NCBI RefSeq assembly: GCF_009914755.1 | Contig: NC_060946.1 | Length of the DNA: 64,000 nt | From: the human T2T-CHM13v2.0 reference genome, Homo sapiens | Strand: one strand, 5' to 3' | Shown here: positions 24,208-41,369 of the stretch, in pieces | Position numbering within the stretch: position 1 is the first letter of the stretch | Layout: each line of letters opens with the position of its first letter | Notes under the pieces: generated by a model | What the model was told of the DNA's origin: nothing | Databases searched by the model: none | Seen by the model: only the letters and a program-made list of their open reading frames with translations | Made by a program: the position numbers and the translations under genes

Positions 24208-27200
24208 GAGGCCCTCTCCAGGCCAACACAGACCCAACCCTGTTTCAAGGCCCCTGGCTCTCTGCAGAGTTCAAGGATGGGGAGTTAAGGCTCTGCATTC
24301 TTTCCCACTCCCAAAGATTGTACATAGGAAGCAGAGGAGAGGGGAGACTGTTGTTGCAGCTAGAAGAGGCAGGTGTCAAAGGATGTTGGATGCAGCCGTA
24401 GAAGGCTCTGGTTGTGATTAATGGCCTGGCCAAGCTCCTGCTGCTGTCTTCAGAAGGTGATGGACAGTTCACACTGGACTCCCACTCCCTGGACCTGGTT
24501 GCTTATTTAGCTGTCAATATAGGCAGCTCCCTTCAGAGCATAGTGACAGATGTTAGCAGCTCTGGTGACAAGGTGACACAGTGACCCTGTCACCCTTTGT
24601 TAAGAATCATCATAGCTCCCATTCCTGTGTGTCTGTGAGGAGATAGGCACTGTGCTTGGTGATATTCAAACATCACTTCTAAGAGACAGTGGTTGGGATC
24701 CACTGTCCTATCCATGTGTTCTATATGTGCAAGGAGAAATATAAAATGACTCAAAATGCTCCTTTGTAAATAGCTGCATGAAGGCCCAGTAGTCTTATTC
24801 TGGGCTCGGTGGGAAAATCATTCTCATAGTTCAGGCCTACAGCTTGTAGGATTCACTGGAATGGCTTATTTAATCCTCTTTCCATCTCCCATCTCCTAGA
24901 GTCTAAAGTTTATGGTCTTCCTGCTTAGGCTTGCTGCAAAGGGTAGGGGAAGACATGGCTGCATTTACCAAAAGCCCTTGGTCTTCCCTTGATCCTCAGC
25001 TTATGCATAAAGAGGTTCTGCAGCAAAAGGTGGAAGGACATTGGAGGATGCAGTCCCTTAAAGCACAGTGGCCTCACCCTTGGTAAAGTGAGTCAGTGTC
25101 TGTGGCTGATGGTGATCAATTAAAGAGCAATTTTCATTGTTCAGCGAGTGAGGAGAGAGAACGTAACAAGGGGTCAAGTTAATGACTTTTCCCCATACCA
25201 GCCATTGAGACTCAGGACAGAAGCACAGACAAGTGGAGCTGGGATTTGAACTCTGGGCTCTATCTCCAAATACAGGCATTCTTGGTACTAACACCATGGG
25301 CTAAACTTGCAGTGTAGATCGTGCTTTCCTATAAGGTCAGCTGGCTGAACGGGCCTATGGATCACATCACTTCACCTGTGCCATCTCCTGGCTAAACAAA
25401 CCTGGGCCTGCCTGCTCCATCTGGGAGGCAACGGGGACCAGTGTCTAGGACTAGGCTTGGGTTTACTCCTGGCTTTGCCATCTTTTAAGCTGTGTAACCT
25501 CAAGTGGTTTGTTAAATCCCTCTAATTCTTGGTTTCTTCTCGAGTAATAAGGGGTGGGAGAGGAGACCCTATCTTTAGAGCCTGTCTGGCCAGCAGGAGC
25601 ATCAGGACAAGGATTATTATGCCCATTTTACAGATGGGGCAGCTGAGGCTCAGCAAGGCCAAGTGACTGGCCTGAGTTAGCAGTGCAGAAGCTGGGATTA
25701 GAGTTCAGAGCTCCTGACTCTTCATTCAGTGCTCTTCCTAAGACAGTCACTCTGACCCCGAGTCCCAGGCCTGGTTGTCCGGCCAGTACAGGGAACATTT
25801 GAAAGAGTTCCAAAGATTTCCCTGCACTAGCACAGGCAGGCGGTGCTCCAATCTGGGCCTAACACAGCACTGAGCCCTAGGAGGCATTCATCCCTATTGT
25901 TCACTTCAATCTCAAGCGACCTACCTCAAAAATGGGGTGGGGTAAGAGGATTGTTCCATAGGTGCCCAGCCTGTTCTCCCTTCTCCCATGTTTGAGGGAA
26001 CCCAATTTTTGGCATCAAAGGCCTCTAGAAGAGTTTAAATGTGTCCTTTCCTAATAAAGAGAAGTACTGGAAATTATTCTTGCTGCTGGTGTTTCACTGG
26101 GTGTCTCATTTAGGGCTATGTGGGCATCATGGCTCATGGTCCATGGACTAATACCCCATACCTGTGCATGGAAGTCCCAGGAGTGGGTTTGGAGGGCATG
26201 GATGGGGACAGGCAAGAGTGTTCCTTGTGGCTGAGGAGCAAACACTGCTGGCAGGGCCCAGCTGGTACAAGTACATTACACTGGCCCCATCATTATTTTA
26301 TATGCAGAAACAGGACCAGAGAAGGAGCATCTATTGCCTAAAGTCACACAGTAATTTGGAAGCAGACTTCAACCTAGTGTTTTCCCTCTAATTCCTGCTG
26401 CCTTCCACAGCTGGAGAGAAATGATTTGAGGATAATTCAGTCTTTGGGTCAATTGTAAATAACTAGGGTGCACTAAAGAATCCTGACAGCACCTCCAAGT
26501 TCTGGTCTCAAAGATTTAGGTCTACATTCTTTCTTTCTCTGCAATCCTGAGTGGCCCAAATTCTGTTCAATGTGGTGCTAAGCTCACCATAGGCGAGCTG
26601 TATGGGTGGGCAAGGTATGTAGCCTCTCTGTGCCTCTGTTTCCTGCTGTAAAGTCAGGACAACGATGATATTGGATCCATCTCATGAGCCTTCTCAGGTT
26701 CTCTTGGTATCATAACTCCTGGAATCTCAATTGCTTCCTGATTCACAGCCATTGCTATGGCAACATACTCCATGCCCATGGAGTCCCACCACCTGAAGCC
26801 AAAGTCCAGGGTCTCTGGCTCCTCCTACCACATGCATATTATGAAGAGGATCTCCTGGCAGGGTGCACTTTAAGCGCTGGGAAACAGGAGATTTGAGGGA
26901 GCTGTAGTTACACTCTCTCTCCACTCCTCCTCCTGTTGGATTACACCACGAAATTTTCCTATGTGGTCTAACTGGGGACAGACCACATTAGCCAACCAAC
27001 TACTGTAACCAGCTTGGTAATGCGTGACTGACCTTGTATCTTATCTTTCCTGCCTCATTTCCTTCTCCCCTTAGTCTCTCTGCCCTGAGACTGTACCTTC
27101 CAAGGGCATATGAGCATTTAAAACTTGCCCCAGGTGCATTTTCTAGGGAGCCTGCATCAAGACTAAAGCCAAGGCAAAGGGTATTGAGAATTTGCATGAA

Positions 27201-27285
27201 AAAGCACTTTGAATTGGTCCTAGCACTTTGTAAGCACCCATAAATGTGAGCTGCTGTCATTATTATTGTGGCTGTTAATATCTCT

Positions 27286-27505
27286 TGGAGTCTGATATTC
27301 GAGGTAAAGAAGCATCAAGCAAGGGAGAAAGATGAAGCCTGGAAGACTGAGTAAATCTGCTTTTCCATCTTCTCCTGCCTGCTCTGTTCTTGGTGCTCTG
27401 GCAGCTGATTAGATGGTGCCCAGCCAGCCAGATTGAGGATGGGTCTTTCTCTCCCAGTCCACTGACTCAAATGTTAATCTCCTTTGGCAACACTCTCACA
27501 GACAC
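27286..27505 (-). mobile_element. MLT2A-like (ERVL) LTR fragment
   Basis: tggagtctgat..ggcagctgattagatggtgccca..ccactgactcaaatgttaatctcctttggcaacac. Confidence 0.85.
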
Positions 27506-27859
27506 TATAGATGTTACTATACCTGGCTCTTCCGTGATGTGGTCTCTACCTGTCTTGCCTGCCTCTGCCCTGGATGCTGCTCCAATCCTAGCATGATCTT
27601 TCTCCCTTCTGGGCTTTCTTGCATGCTTTTATCTCCACCTGGAACACTCATTTATTCATTCATATGCTCACTCATGCCCAAGTATTTTTTGAGCATCCAC
27701 TCAAAAGACCATCCACTGGTCTTAAAGGCTTACACTAGTCTCACCTGCCTTTTCACCTTGTCAATTGCCCTCCTCCCTCCAGATGTCAGCCTTCCTTGAC
27801 TTCCAGGTGGGGCTGGGAATGCTGCCACAGCCTCCTACACACCTGTGCCTCCCTCTGTT

Positions 27860-28525
27860 TTTAGGTTTTTTTGTTTTTGTTTTTGTTTTAGTTATATATG
27901 TATATATAATTTCAATAGTTTGGGGGTACAGGTGGTTTCAGGTTACATGGATAAGTTCGTTAGTGGTGATTTCTGAGATTTTAGTGTACCTGTCACCTGA
28001 GCAGTGTACACTGTACCCAATATGCAGTCTTTTATCCCTCACTCCCCTCCCAACCTTCCCCCTCAACCCTGAGTCCCCAAAGTCCATATATCACTCTTCT
28101 TTTCAAGGCAGGCTCTCACTGTATTGCCCAGGCTGGAGTACAGTGCCATGATCTCAACTCATTGCAGCCTCGACCTCCCGGGCTCAGGTGATTCTCCTAC
28201 CTCAGCCTCCTGAGTGGCTGGGACTACAGGTGCATGATACCAACTCTGGCTAATTTTTTATACTTTTTTTGTAGAGATGGGTTTCTGCCACGTTGCCGAG
28301 ACTGGCATTATATCACTCTTACTGTTTATGCATCCTCATAGCTTAGCTCCCACTTATAAATGAGAACATATAATATTTGGTTTTCCATTTCTGAGTTACT
28401 TCACTTAGAATAATGGCCTCTAGCTCCATCTGAGTTGCTGCAAGACATTATTCCATTCTTTTTTATGGCTGAGTAGTATTCCATGGTATAAAGATAACAT
28501 TTTCTTTATCCATTCGCTGGTCCAT
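27860..28525 (-). mobile_element. L1PB-like 3' end with an inserted truncated AluJ (28101-28306)
   Basis: Antisense L1PB 3' UTR (ttacatggataagttc, cctcatagcttagctcccacttataa); Alu TSD atatcactctt. Confidence 0.85.
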
Positions 28526-29179
28526 GTCCGCCCTTAGGTTTGCAGCTCTCTATTTACTTGGGGCTCTCTCTACACAGCTGTGGGGTCCAGGGCCCAATTC
28601 ATGGTTGATGCTAAGGAAATTTATCCATAAAACACCTACTAGGTGTCAGGCTTTATCTGGCACCAGAGATAAAGCAGTAAATAAAACAGACAGATAATTC
28701 ACGTTCTCCTGCAATTTACATGATAGTTGGGGGTGGGAGCAAATGGTAAACAAGAGGAGTAAGTGAACTATACAAGATATTAGGACGCTGAAAGCCTGGA
28801 GGAGGAAAATAAAGCTGTAGAAGGGACTAGAAGGCATTGGAAGTGGTGCAGCGAGCATTTTAGATAGAGTGGGCAGGAGAAGGCCTCCTTGGGAAATATA
28901 TTTAAGTAAAGATCTGAAGAAAGTGAAGCAACCAGCCTTGTCTTGAACTTGGGGAAGAGCATTCTAGGCAGAGGGAACAGTCAATGCAAAGGCCCTGAGG
29001 TAGGAGCATGAGTGGCGGGTTTGAGCACCTTTAAGGAGGCTAGTATGGTTGGAGTAGGGTGATCGAGTGGGTGAGGAATGGTGGACAAGATCAGAGAGGT
29101 GATGAGGGTCAGATGATGTAGGGCCTTGTAGGACTTTGTAAAAATGTTGGCTTTAACTGAGAGTAAGGATGGGAGCCAT

Positions 29180-29292
29180 TTAGGGTGACCAATCATCTCA
29201 CTTTGCCCAGGACTGAGGGAGCTCTTGGGACACAGAACTTTCGGTGCTAAAACAGGGAAAGTCCTGAGCAAACTAGGATGAGGTTTGACCTA
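29180..29292. mobile_element. MER81 (hAT-Blackjack)
   Basis: tagggtgaccaa..ttgcccaggactgaggg..actttcggtgctaaaacaggg. Confidence 0.75.
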
Positions 29293-29302
29293 GGTCCTAG
29301 AG

Positions 29303-29833
<531 letters not shown>

Positions 29834-31179
29834 CCTAGAGCCAGTGTAGGCTTTGGAGCAGAGTTTTGACATGATTTTACCTGGGATTTTTGCTGATCTC
29901 TCTGGTTGCTGGATACAAAATAGGCTCTAAGGAGACAAGAGCGGAATTAGGGAGACCAGTTTGGAGGTTATGAATCCAAGTGAGGGATGAAGATGGCTCA
30001 GACCAGAGTGGTAGCAGTGCAGGCATGAGAAGGAATGAACTTCTGAATAAATTTAGAAGGCAGCACCAACAGGAAAGTTGGAATGGAGAAATGAGGGCCT
30101 GTTCTCTGTGTCACAACCTGGCAGATGACCTCCTGGCAGGTGACATGCCCAGCTCCCCTGGGTAAGGCAAGAGCTAGATCCTTTCTTCCCTGGGCTTCCT
30201 CTCAGTCTCACTGGTGGGAGAAGCCAAGAAATAGCGACTATCTGCACCTTCTGAGTGTCCCCAGGATGCTGTCATCACGGCTCCACCCTAAGGAGCCAGA
30301 GAAGGCGAGGCCTGTGCCCTCTTTCTACAGATGAAGAAATTGAAGCTCAGAGAGTGATAGGCCCCCAGGCACCCATCAAGCATGTGTCAGAGCTGGAACT
30401 GCGCCCTGGGTTCACTCCCCCACCAGGTGTCAGGCAGGCCTGGTGTTCAATGCCAGCCTTTTCAGAGTGTAACTCACCTGGGACACTTCTAAGACTGAGT
30501 GTTCTCATTTGTGAAATGGAGACAATGATCCCTGCCAGCTGCATCCTAAAAGGTAAAGGAGACTATGCCTGTGAAAGTGCTCAGCACAGCACGGAACATG
30601 ACGCCTAGTAGGCCCTCAGTAATATCAGCTTCCCTTCTTCCTCTAGACCCATCCCCCGGCCTGCCCTTGCAAATAAATTAAAAGATGTTCTTAAAGACTG
30701 TTTGGGGGAGCCCAGTGGAGCCATTCTGTCCAGCTGAGTGGGGAATATTTACATCTTCTTTTCTAAAGGCAAACAATTTCATAGAGAGGCAGAATTAGTT
30801 CCCAAGTAGCCTCAGGGCTGTTTTGTAAATACATAGCTATGAGTGTTACAGGAGCCCCCGTTTGTCCAGCAAACCAGAACAGAGATGCTAAAGGCTGTAA
30901 ATATCAGGACAGTCTCTCTCCCAGCTCCAGTTTTAGAAAGCCAGAAATTCATTTCACTCCTTCTCTCTCCCTCTTCAAACACTCATTCATTCATTCATTT
31001 ATGAATTCACTCAACAAGCATTTATTGAGTACCTATTATGTGCTAGGCACTGGGCTAGGCACCACAGAACTAAGCAGGAGCAAGAGAAAACAGGGTCCTG
31101 CCTTCATGGCACCGGACCTTGGTGCCTGGTACACAACAAAGCAATGACTAATCACAATGACCATAGCTCATGTTTCTAA

Positions 31180-32752
<1,573 letters not shown>

Positions 32753-33194
32753 TATAATATACTAGGGACATATTAAGTGCTTAACGTGGAGTGTCTTATT
32801 TAATTCTCCCTGACACGTCTGTGAAGAAGATACAAACATTATCTCCATTTTCACATAGGATGACTTTCATTTAGGTCTCTTATTGAGTTTCACTCATGTA
32901 TCTACTTCTTTGTTCCATAAATACTTGCCTACCATTCATTTTGGAGCCAGGAAGAACTGCATCTGAATTTGCATTTGACCATCACATTGAAGACTCTCAC
33001 TTCTGACGTGGAGAAAACAGCAACTGTAGCCAGGAAGGACTTCAGAGAGGAAGAGGGTTGGGATAGCTGTGGAAGGCTGGGTACAATGCAAATATTCAAG
33101 TATAAGGAGAAGAGGCCTCTAGGGAGAGGAAATGCATGGGTGAAGGTGCAGAGGCTGGAATACCTATTGTTGAGATGGTTTGTCCAATGGCAAT

Positions 33195-34200
33195 GAGTGT
33201 GGCAAATTGTAATCATGGCCCCAGTAATTCATCTCTCCCTATGCCCTTGGGTTGTCATGTGACCTTGGAGTTCCTATCATCAAGGCAGAGTATTTCCTTC
33301 CTATGTGACTGTTTTTTTTTGTTTTTTGGTTTTTGGTTTTTTTTTTGCAAACAGAATGAGGCAGAATACACAGTATACCAGTTTTAAGCCTAGGTCTCAA
33401 GAGGGCTTGCACATTTCTGCTTGCTCTCTTGTGTCTCTGTCATCTCCATGGAAACACACCTGGGCTGACCTGCTGGTTCATGGGAGTCACCTGGAGCATG
33501 GCTGAGTCACTTCAGATATCCTAGCCAAGGCCATTCAAGACCTGCCAATAGCCAGCAAGCCAGCCTCCAGTGTGTCAGCTGGGTCATCCGAGAAACAGAC
33601 ACGTAGATGGAGTTAGGAGTACAAGATGGTGAAAGACAAAAGGTGACAGAAGCAGAATTAGTCAGGGAAAGGCTTTAGACCTCAATGTCCATCTGATACC
33701 TATTATATGAAATGAGGGAAGAGAAACAGGATTGGACAGAGAGTCTAAGATCATGATCATATTGGACAAAGTCTCAACCAACCCAAAAGGGAGCTCTGGA
33801 GCAAAAACTTTCCTATATAGGAATCAAGCATTGGGCAGAACAGCCAGGCTCTGGCACTCTGCTCTGTTAAGTCATTATCCGAGGGCTGCACCCCAACTGT
33901 GGGGCCTTGGCTTGAAAGCCAAGGGAGATTCTGAAGGGAGTAGCAACTTGAAGCTGTCAAGTAACTGCGGCTTTTGCAGCTGAACATAAAGTTCTTTTTG
34001 ATGTGAGATGCAAGCAATGTACCTTCAAGACTGCCACCCGCAAATAGGTGAAAGGTCCCAGCGAAGACCAGCAGAGCAGAGCAGAACCACCTAGCCAACA
34101 ACTCCAAGCACATGAGCAATAAACAGTTACCCGTGTATACCACTGGGCTTCTGTGAGTGTTTGTTAGCAGTGTTATCGTGACAACAGGTAACTGATACAA
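33195..34200. mobile_element. Old MLT1 LTR with a nested LTR16-like ERVL LTR (~33570-34030)
   Basis: MLT1 motifs (gcaaacagaatgaggcagaa..ccagttttaagcctaggtctcaagagg; aggtaactgataca end); insert begins tgtgtcagctgggtcatccgagaaacagac. Confidence 0.6.
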
Positions 34201-35388
34201 TGAGTTAGTTGTGCTCTCAACTGACAGGCATTTCACCTCTCATTGGGGAAAAATGGAGGCTCTGCTACTGCTGAATAAATAAATAGTGGTTATTAATTGC
34301 ATATGTGCCTGACTCTGCTAGGCAACCCATTTCCATTTAATAGTATCTGTGCTTATGACTTCAGTAAGTATCAGTTTGTATTGAGTAGCACAATTGTGGC
34401 GTCCCAGCAGCTGTTGAGGGTTAGGGGATGGGGGAGATTTTATGCAGCCAGTAAAATACAGCAACTGTCAAAAAAACCTTAGGATACTTGTTACTTATTC
34501 ATGCTCATCCACTTACACACTTGTGATTTGGGAGCAGAGGGTAAGCATTGTTGTCTGTGCTCATTGAATCTGGGGAAATACCATAAATAATGGCCTCTAG
34601 GGAGAGAAGGCAATTTCACCTTCTAACTTGCACTAACTCAGAATTTTTCTAAAGTGGGGCACCATGACAGATGTGAAAGCCTCAGAAATGTCCTCAAGGG
34701 CACCTCCCAAGTATTTCCCTTACATTTCTTCAACTTCTCCATTTTGCTTCCTTTATCTAATCTATCAGTGGGACTTTTGACTCTACCAGGAAAATATCCA
34801 AATAGGTCCATTGCCCTCTGCTCCCACCACTGCCACTCTTGTTAGAGCACCAGCATTTCTTGCTTGGATGCTGTGATCATCCCCTACTTAGCTCTACATT
34901 TTCACTCTTGCCCCTAGCTGTCTGTTCTTAGCCCAATAGCCAAAGCGATTTTGTTAAAAATGAAGTCCAATCAAGACATTGCTTCCCTCAGAATTCTTCC
35001 GTGGCTCCCTATGTCATTCCAAATAAAAACAAAATTATTACCATGAGTTGTTCTTATCCATTATCAGGAAACAAACCACCCCAACACCTAGGAGCTTAAA
35101 ATAATATTATTTCCCACTGGGGTAGCTGGAAAGTCCAATATCACCTTACGCGCATGGCTGGTAGTTAGAGCTGGTTGCTGTCAGAGATCCAGTGGGGCCA
35201 TCAGGTGGGTGCCTCAGTTCTCCTCCATGGGTTTGCCTCCACATGGCTGCTTAGGCTTCCTCCAACCGTGGTGGTTGAGCCCAAGTGCAAGAGTTACAAG
35301 AGGTGAAAGGGGAGGTTACAGAACTCCAAAGGCCAAGTCTTGGAAACTATGCGGTATCACTTCTGCCGCCTTCTATTAGTTGGCCCAT

Positions 35389-35700
<312 letters not shown>

Positions 35701-35819
35701 TTATTGTATGTATGTTTAGGGGGGATGCTACAAAAAGGCATGACTATTGAGAGATGTAGTTCACTGGGAGTTCTGGAGGAGGTGTCGCCAATATAACCGG
35801 TTACCACCATGATCTATCC

Positions 35820-36110
35820 TTGTGTTGTCCAATAAGATAGCCACTAGCCATATTCAGCTACTGAAAGTTTCAAGTGACCAGTCCAAACAGATATGTTGTA
35901 AGCATAAAATGCATATCAGATTACAAAGACATGATATAAAAAATGTAAAATAAATCATATTAATAATTGTATATATATAAAATAACTTGAAAATATTTCA
36001 TTATATTGGGTTAAATATTTTAAATTAATTTCTCTTGGTTATTTATATTCTTTTGAATATCTAGAAATGTTAAACCTATTCTGGCTTGCATTCTATTTTA
36101 GTTGCATAGA
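35820..36110. mobile_element. MER33/MER3-like hAT-Charlie element
   Basis: tgtccaataagatagccactagccata start, AT-rich core, ggcttgcattctattt end. Confidence 0.65.
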
Positions 36111-36982
36111 TCTGCTCCAGTCCCTGTTTACCCCCTCTGACATCTAACACCATGTTCCTTTCATTCTTCAGTTCCTGCCACACTGGCTGCCTGTCAGTTT
36201 CTTTTCTACCTCTGATCCTTCTCTTTTGCTGTTCCTTGTGTGTGGAATGCTCTTCCCATTGGAATTCTCATGGCCGGCTCCTTCTCATCCTTCACATCTC
36301 AGCTTCAACGTGCTTTGCTGTCAGAGTCTAGAGTAGACTTCCTCCGGTTACTTTAGTCCCCACTCACTGTTTATTTTCTTTGTGGTCTGCATCACACGTT
36401 GTACTGTAGTTATTGGTCTGCGCGTTTTTTTGTTTTGTTTTGTTTTTGTCTGTTTCCGCTACTACTCAGTAAAAGCCACGAGGACAAGAACTCTTTCCTG
36501 GCATGAAACAGAAACTCAAAATATAATTTTAAAAGACTGCCCTGAAAAGTCTTGGCAGATATACTGAAGAGTCCCCAGACTCTAGACCAATGTGATAAAT
36601 GTGTGGAGGAGTCCCAGATTCCAAGTCCCAAGATCAAGCTTTAGATTTACAAATAGTGCCATCATTGTTATTACCATTATTGTTTTTAGTGGCTGGGGGT
36701 TAAAGACCTCTGGGGAATTCTGAGGAACGGGGGTGGGGTGCAGAGCATGACTCCTGTGACCTGCCTGTGGGGTCTTTCTCCATCAGCAGAAATGAAAGTG
36801 GCGCAGAACATGCCAGACCTTCTCACAGCTAGAACCCACCATTCTATGGCTTCCTTTTACCCTTGGGCCAAAACCTCTCAACTCTTTATGCTGACCTACA
36901 GGACTATAAGCACATAATTGATGCTCAAGGAGTATTTGCTTGTTATCTCCTCTCATTATTAAAAAAAAACAAAACAAAACGT

Positions 36983-37337
36983 GTTGGCTATTGTGAATAG
37001 TGCTGCAATGAACGTATGCATGCATGCGTCTTTATGACAGATGAGTTATATTCCTTTGGGTAAACACCCAGTGATGAGATTGCTGGGTTGAATGGTACCT
37101 CTGCTTTCAGCTCTTTCAGGAATTGCCACACTGCATTTCACAATGGTTGAACCAATTTACACTCCCACCAACAGTGGTAGAAGTGTTTTCTTTTCTCCAC
37201 AACCTCGCCAACACTATTGGGTACTAGGCTTAGTACCTGGGTCACGAAATAATCTGTGCAACAAACTCCCATGACATGAGTTTACCTACATAACAAACCT
37301 GCGCATGTACACCTGAACCTAAAATAAAGGTTAAAAA
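36983..37337 (+). mobile_element. Short L1PA with a 5' inversion: antisense 36983-37213, sense 37214-37337
   Basis: Antisense ttggctattgtgaatagtgctgcaatgaac...cctcgccaaca joined to the sense L1 3' tip ctattgggtac...catgtacacctgaacctaaaataaa. Confidence 0.85.
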
Positions 37338-39477
37338 CCTCTAAAATCTGAAAAAAAAAGAATGTAGGACGGGAATAGCAGACTACCAGGACAGGGATTG
37401 ACTGCTCAGGGGCTGCCCCCAGCTGTCAAACAGTACCCTAAAGATCTCCGAAGTGGCAACCAGCCCCCAGCACCTGTTCATCTGAGATGCAATGGCAATG
37501 GAAAACAGAAACCATCTATCTAGAGACCCAAGGAGCATTTTAAGAACAACAGAAAGCAGGGGTGAAGTGAATGAAAGAAGAAAGGTAATTTAATTTCAGT
37601 GCAATTGCTTCAAGTACAACAAACACAAGCGTCTGATTTTGGAAAGATTGAGTGGAAGAGGATATACTTTTTGTAACAGCCTAGTCCAGAGTCACAGGTC
37701 TTATTTGCCATTTATTTAAGCATTGGGGAGTACAGTAAGTTTATTCAAAATGAGGTAATGGATGTGAATGCATTTTGTAAACTTTATAGTGCCTGGGAGA
37801 TAAGAGGTGATGGTTATTTTGCAAGCATAATGTGCTCTTGAAAAAACAGTCCTAAAGGTTTCATAAGTACAGAAGTGAGACCATCTTGTTCACCACTGAA
37901 TCCTCAGTGCCCAGCACTGGGAGATACTAATAACTATTGTTGGATAAATGAGTGACTGAATGAAGAAATGAATAATCACTGGGCCGGGACTCCAGAGGCC
38001 TGAGTTTGTGTCCTGACCACACCTCTGAGTGGGCTTAGGCAAATCATGTTACCTCTCTGAGCCACTGTTTCCTCATCTATAATCATAGTACCTGCCCTGA
38101 GAATTCAGTGGAAAAATGTATGCTAAGTGCTGGACACAGTGGCTGGTATACAACAAGTACAAAATAATAGCATACTTTCTTTTGCACTGCAAAGTCAAAA
38201 TGTAGACTCAATACATTGGAGCTTCTAAAAATTTAAAGTACAGCTGTCCTTACAAAGTGATTCGGAGTCAATGCTTCAGTTGATTTCAATTCTTACAAGC
38301 AATGCCCTCAGAAAAACAGCACTATTTATCTCTGGTAGGAAATCAAATTATAAAACAAGTAAACCAGGGTGAACATTACCCATCAGGCTGTGGCAATGGG
38401 TGCGTGGAAACTGATGAGCCGTCATTAATTTCTCCCGCAGAATCACTACCTAAATATGAGTTGGCAGTGTGGGGAAAAGGAAGCCATTTATCTGTGGCCA
38501 GATACAGACTCACAGATGCACTGACAGTGTCATAATTACACACCGGAAGTATGTCGTGCAGGGTTCAGTGTTCAGTCAAAGCCCTGTCATCATGGGGACA
38601 AGGTAGTTTCCTTGGGAATTTCGATATACAGACTGTAGACCAGAAGTGTTCTCAGAGTTCAGCCATGCCTCTGTACCGGGCTAGGGGAGTGTTTCAAGAT
38701 TGCCTTCTGCAGTCACTTCTGCTGGTGTTGGGTGGAGGGCTGTTAGGGAAGAGAATAACAAAACTATTTGAACAGATGAGGATCTGGGGATGTATCATTA
38801 TTAAATGGCACTGATAGGCTGAGGATCTCCTGGTCTTATTGTATCTGAATTTTCTCGACAGGGCACGTAGGAATATGGAAGTCAGAAGGACAACACAGCT
38901 CTGCTACGTCCCGGTTCTTGGTAACTTTCTTAACCCCACTATGCTTTATCTTTAGTTTTCTTATCTGTACAGTGAGGATACTAAGAGTCCTTACCTCCCC
39001 AGGTATTTAGATGAATTACGTGTTAGAACAGTGGCAGGCGCATAGAAAATGCCCAATAAATATTAGATATTGTTATTGTTGCTTATGAGTAGTGATGAGG
39101 GACCCTGAGAAGGTCCACCAGCGAATAGGTCCTATTTGTAGGATAAAAGGTTGGATGAGGTTGGGGAGAAAAATTGCTGGAAAGAGTTACAAGTGATGTT
39201 AAGAAGCAAGTATTGAAGGTAAACCTGACAAGCTATTAAGTTTAAGGATAGATATGGTTCTGAGAGAGAGGGAGATAAAGATGCAAGGTTGGGAGACAGG
39301 TCACCTGCAGGAACAAAGCGCGTGTTACATATTTAATACTTACATGACAAGTAAGACTTCAAGACAGTGATCAAAGCAGAAAACTACAATTTATTGAGTA
39401 CCTATTATCTACAAGATGCATGCTAGGTATTTTAGGTACATAGTGTCACAGCCAGAGAAGATATGGATAATTGGTCC

Positions 39478-39715
39478 CTTTTTTTTTTTTTTTTTTTTTT
39501 TTTTGAGACGGAGTCTCGCTCTGTTGCCCAGGCTGGAGTGCAGTGGCGCCATCTCTGCTCACCGCAAGCTCCACCTCCCGGGTTCACGCCATTCTCCTGC
39601 CTCAGCCTCCTGAGTAGCTGGGATTACAGGCGCCCACCACCGCGCCCGGCTAATTTTTTGTATTTTTAGTAGAGACAGGGTTTCATCGTGTTAACCAGGA
39701 TGGTCTCGATCTCTT
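39478..39715 (-). mobile_element. 5'-truncated AluY
   Basis: Poly-T plus antisense AluY; TSD taattggtccc. Confidence 0.93.
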
Positions 39716-41029
39716 GTAATTGGTCCCATTTTACAGTGAGAAACCAGAGGTCTGAGCAGTGAAATGCTTTGCCAAGTCACATAGCTAATAAGGAAAGAGA
39801 TGGGATTTGAATCCAAGTCTGTCTCCAAGTGAGTGCAATTTTCTTCCTAAAAATTTCATTATAAAGTAAGACTTGCCTGTGAAAAAAGAAGTATAAAAAG
39901 ACATGCAGTGAAAAATGTTTCCTTCGTACTTCTACTCTTGGCCCTATTCCCCATGGGTAATCATTCCCAGTGATTTCTTGTTATCTTTCCTGATATATTT
40001 TTAATGCATGGACAAGCAGGAATATAAAATGCACAATTTTTTAAAGGTATGTGTCTTAAAAATGTATGCATTTGTGTGAATTTTACAAAAACAAATTTGA
40101 GCATATTAAATAAATGTTTCTACACATTACTTTTTGCACTTAAAAACATATTTTGAGGATCTTTCTGTATTAGCACAAAAATACCACCGTAATATGCCAT
40201 TGCATGAATATACCATCATTTTTTAACCAGTCCCTCTTGATGAACACTTGGATTGTTTTTAGCCTTTTGCTTCTATCATGTTGTAATGAATATCCTTGCA
40301 TATGCATCTTTGGATATATGTTTGAGGTCATTTGTGGAAGGAATTTTTAAAGGCAAGTGCTATGTTGAAAGGTGTATTTTTCTTCTTGTTGTTTTAGTAG
40401 ACTTTGCTGGAATGGAAATTGGGTGTGGTTTTTCACTATTCTAAACCTCCCCAGTGTCTGTTGTTGGCTGTTTTGTGGGTTGGCTTTTTAGGGATTAAAG
40501 GCACAGGTTGGAGGATGGGATTCCCTCCAACTTGGCTGCAGGTTGTTTTGAGATGGTATTGATAATTTCATACATTATCTTCTTGTCGACTAAGAAAGGT
40601 CATCCCAATTTATTGGGCTGGTTACCAAAGATAATGGTGGCAATTCAGCAATTTAGTGTTTGTGTCATTTTATAGGTTGGCCTGTTGCTGTTTTAACAGA
40701 AACACTGGGATTAATGGATGTATATTCTCACTCCTTCCCTCCCTTCCCCTACTAAGGAAAATGTTTTCATTGTTCACTCAGCATTCCCATCATCCCCACC
40801 AGACATTTATTATGCAAAAAGGAAAACTCATGAGGGGTGAGAAACCAAGGGGTGGGAGTGGAGAGATTTAGTCCACAGATGAAAAGAACAAGAAAGAAAG
40901 AAGAGGAAAAGTTGGCAGCTTGCTGAGTTTTTGATTAAGTGTTGAGAATTGTGGAGAGGTTAGGAAGGGAATCACTTTGAAGCTGCTACTGTATGGAAGG
41001 ATAAGAGGTATTGGAAAAGGAGGCTTTAA

Positions 41030-41369
<340 letters not shown>

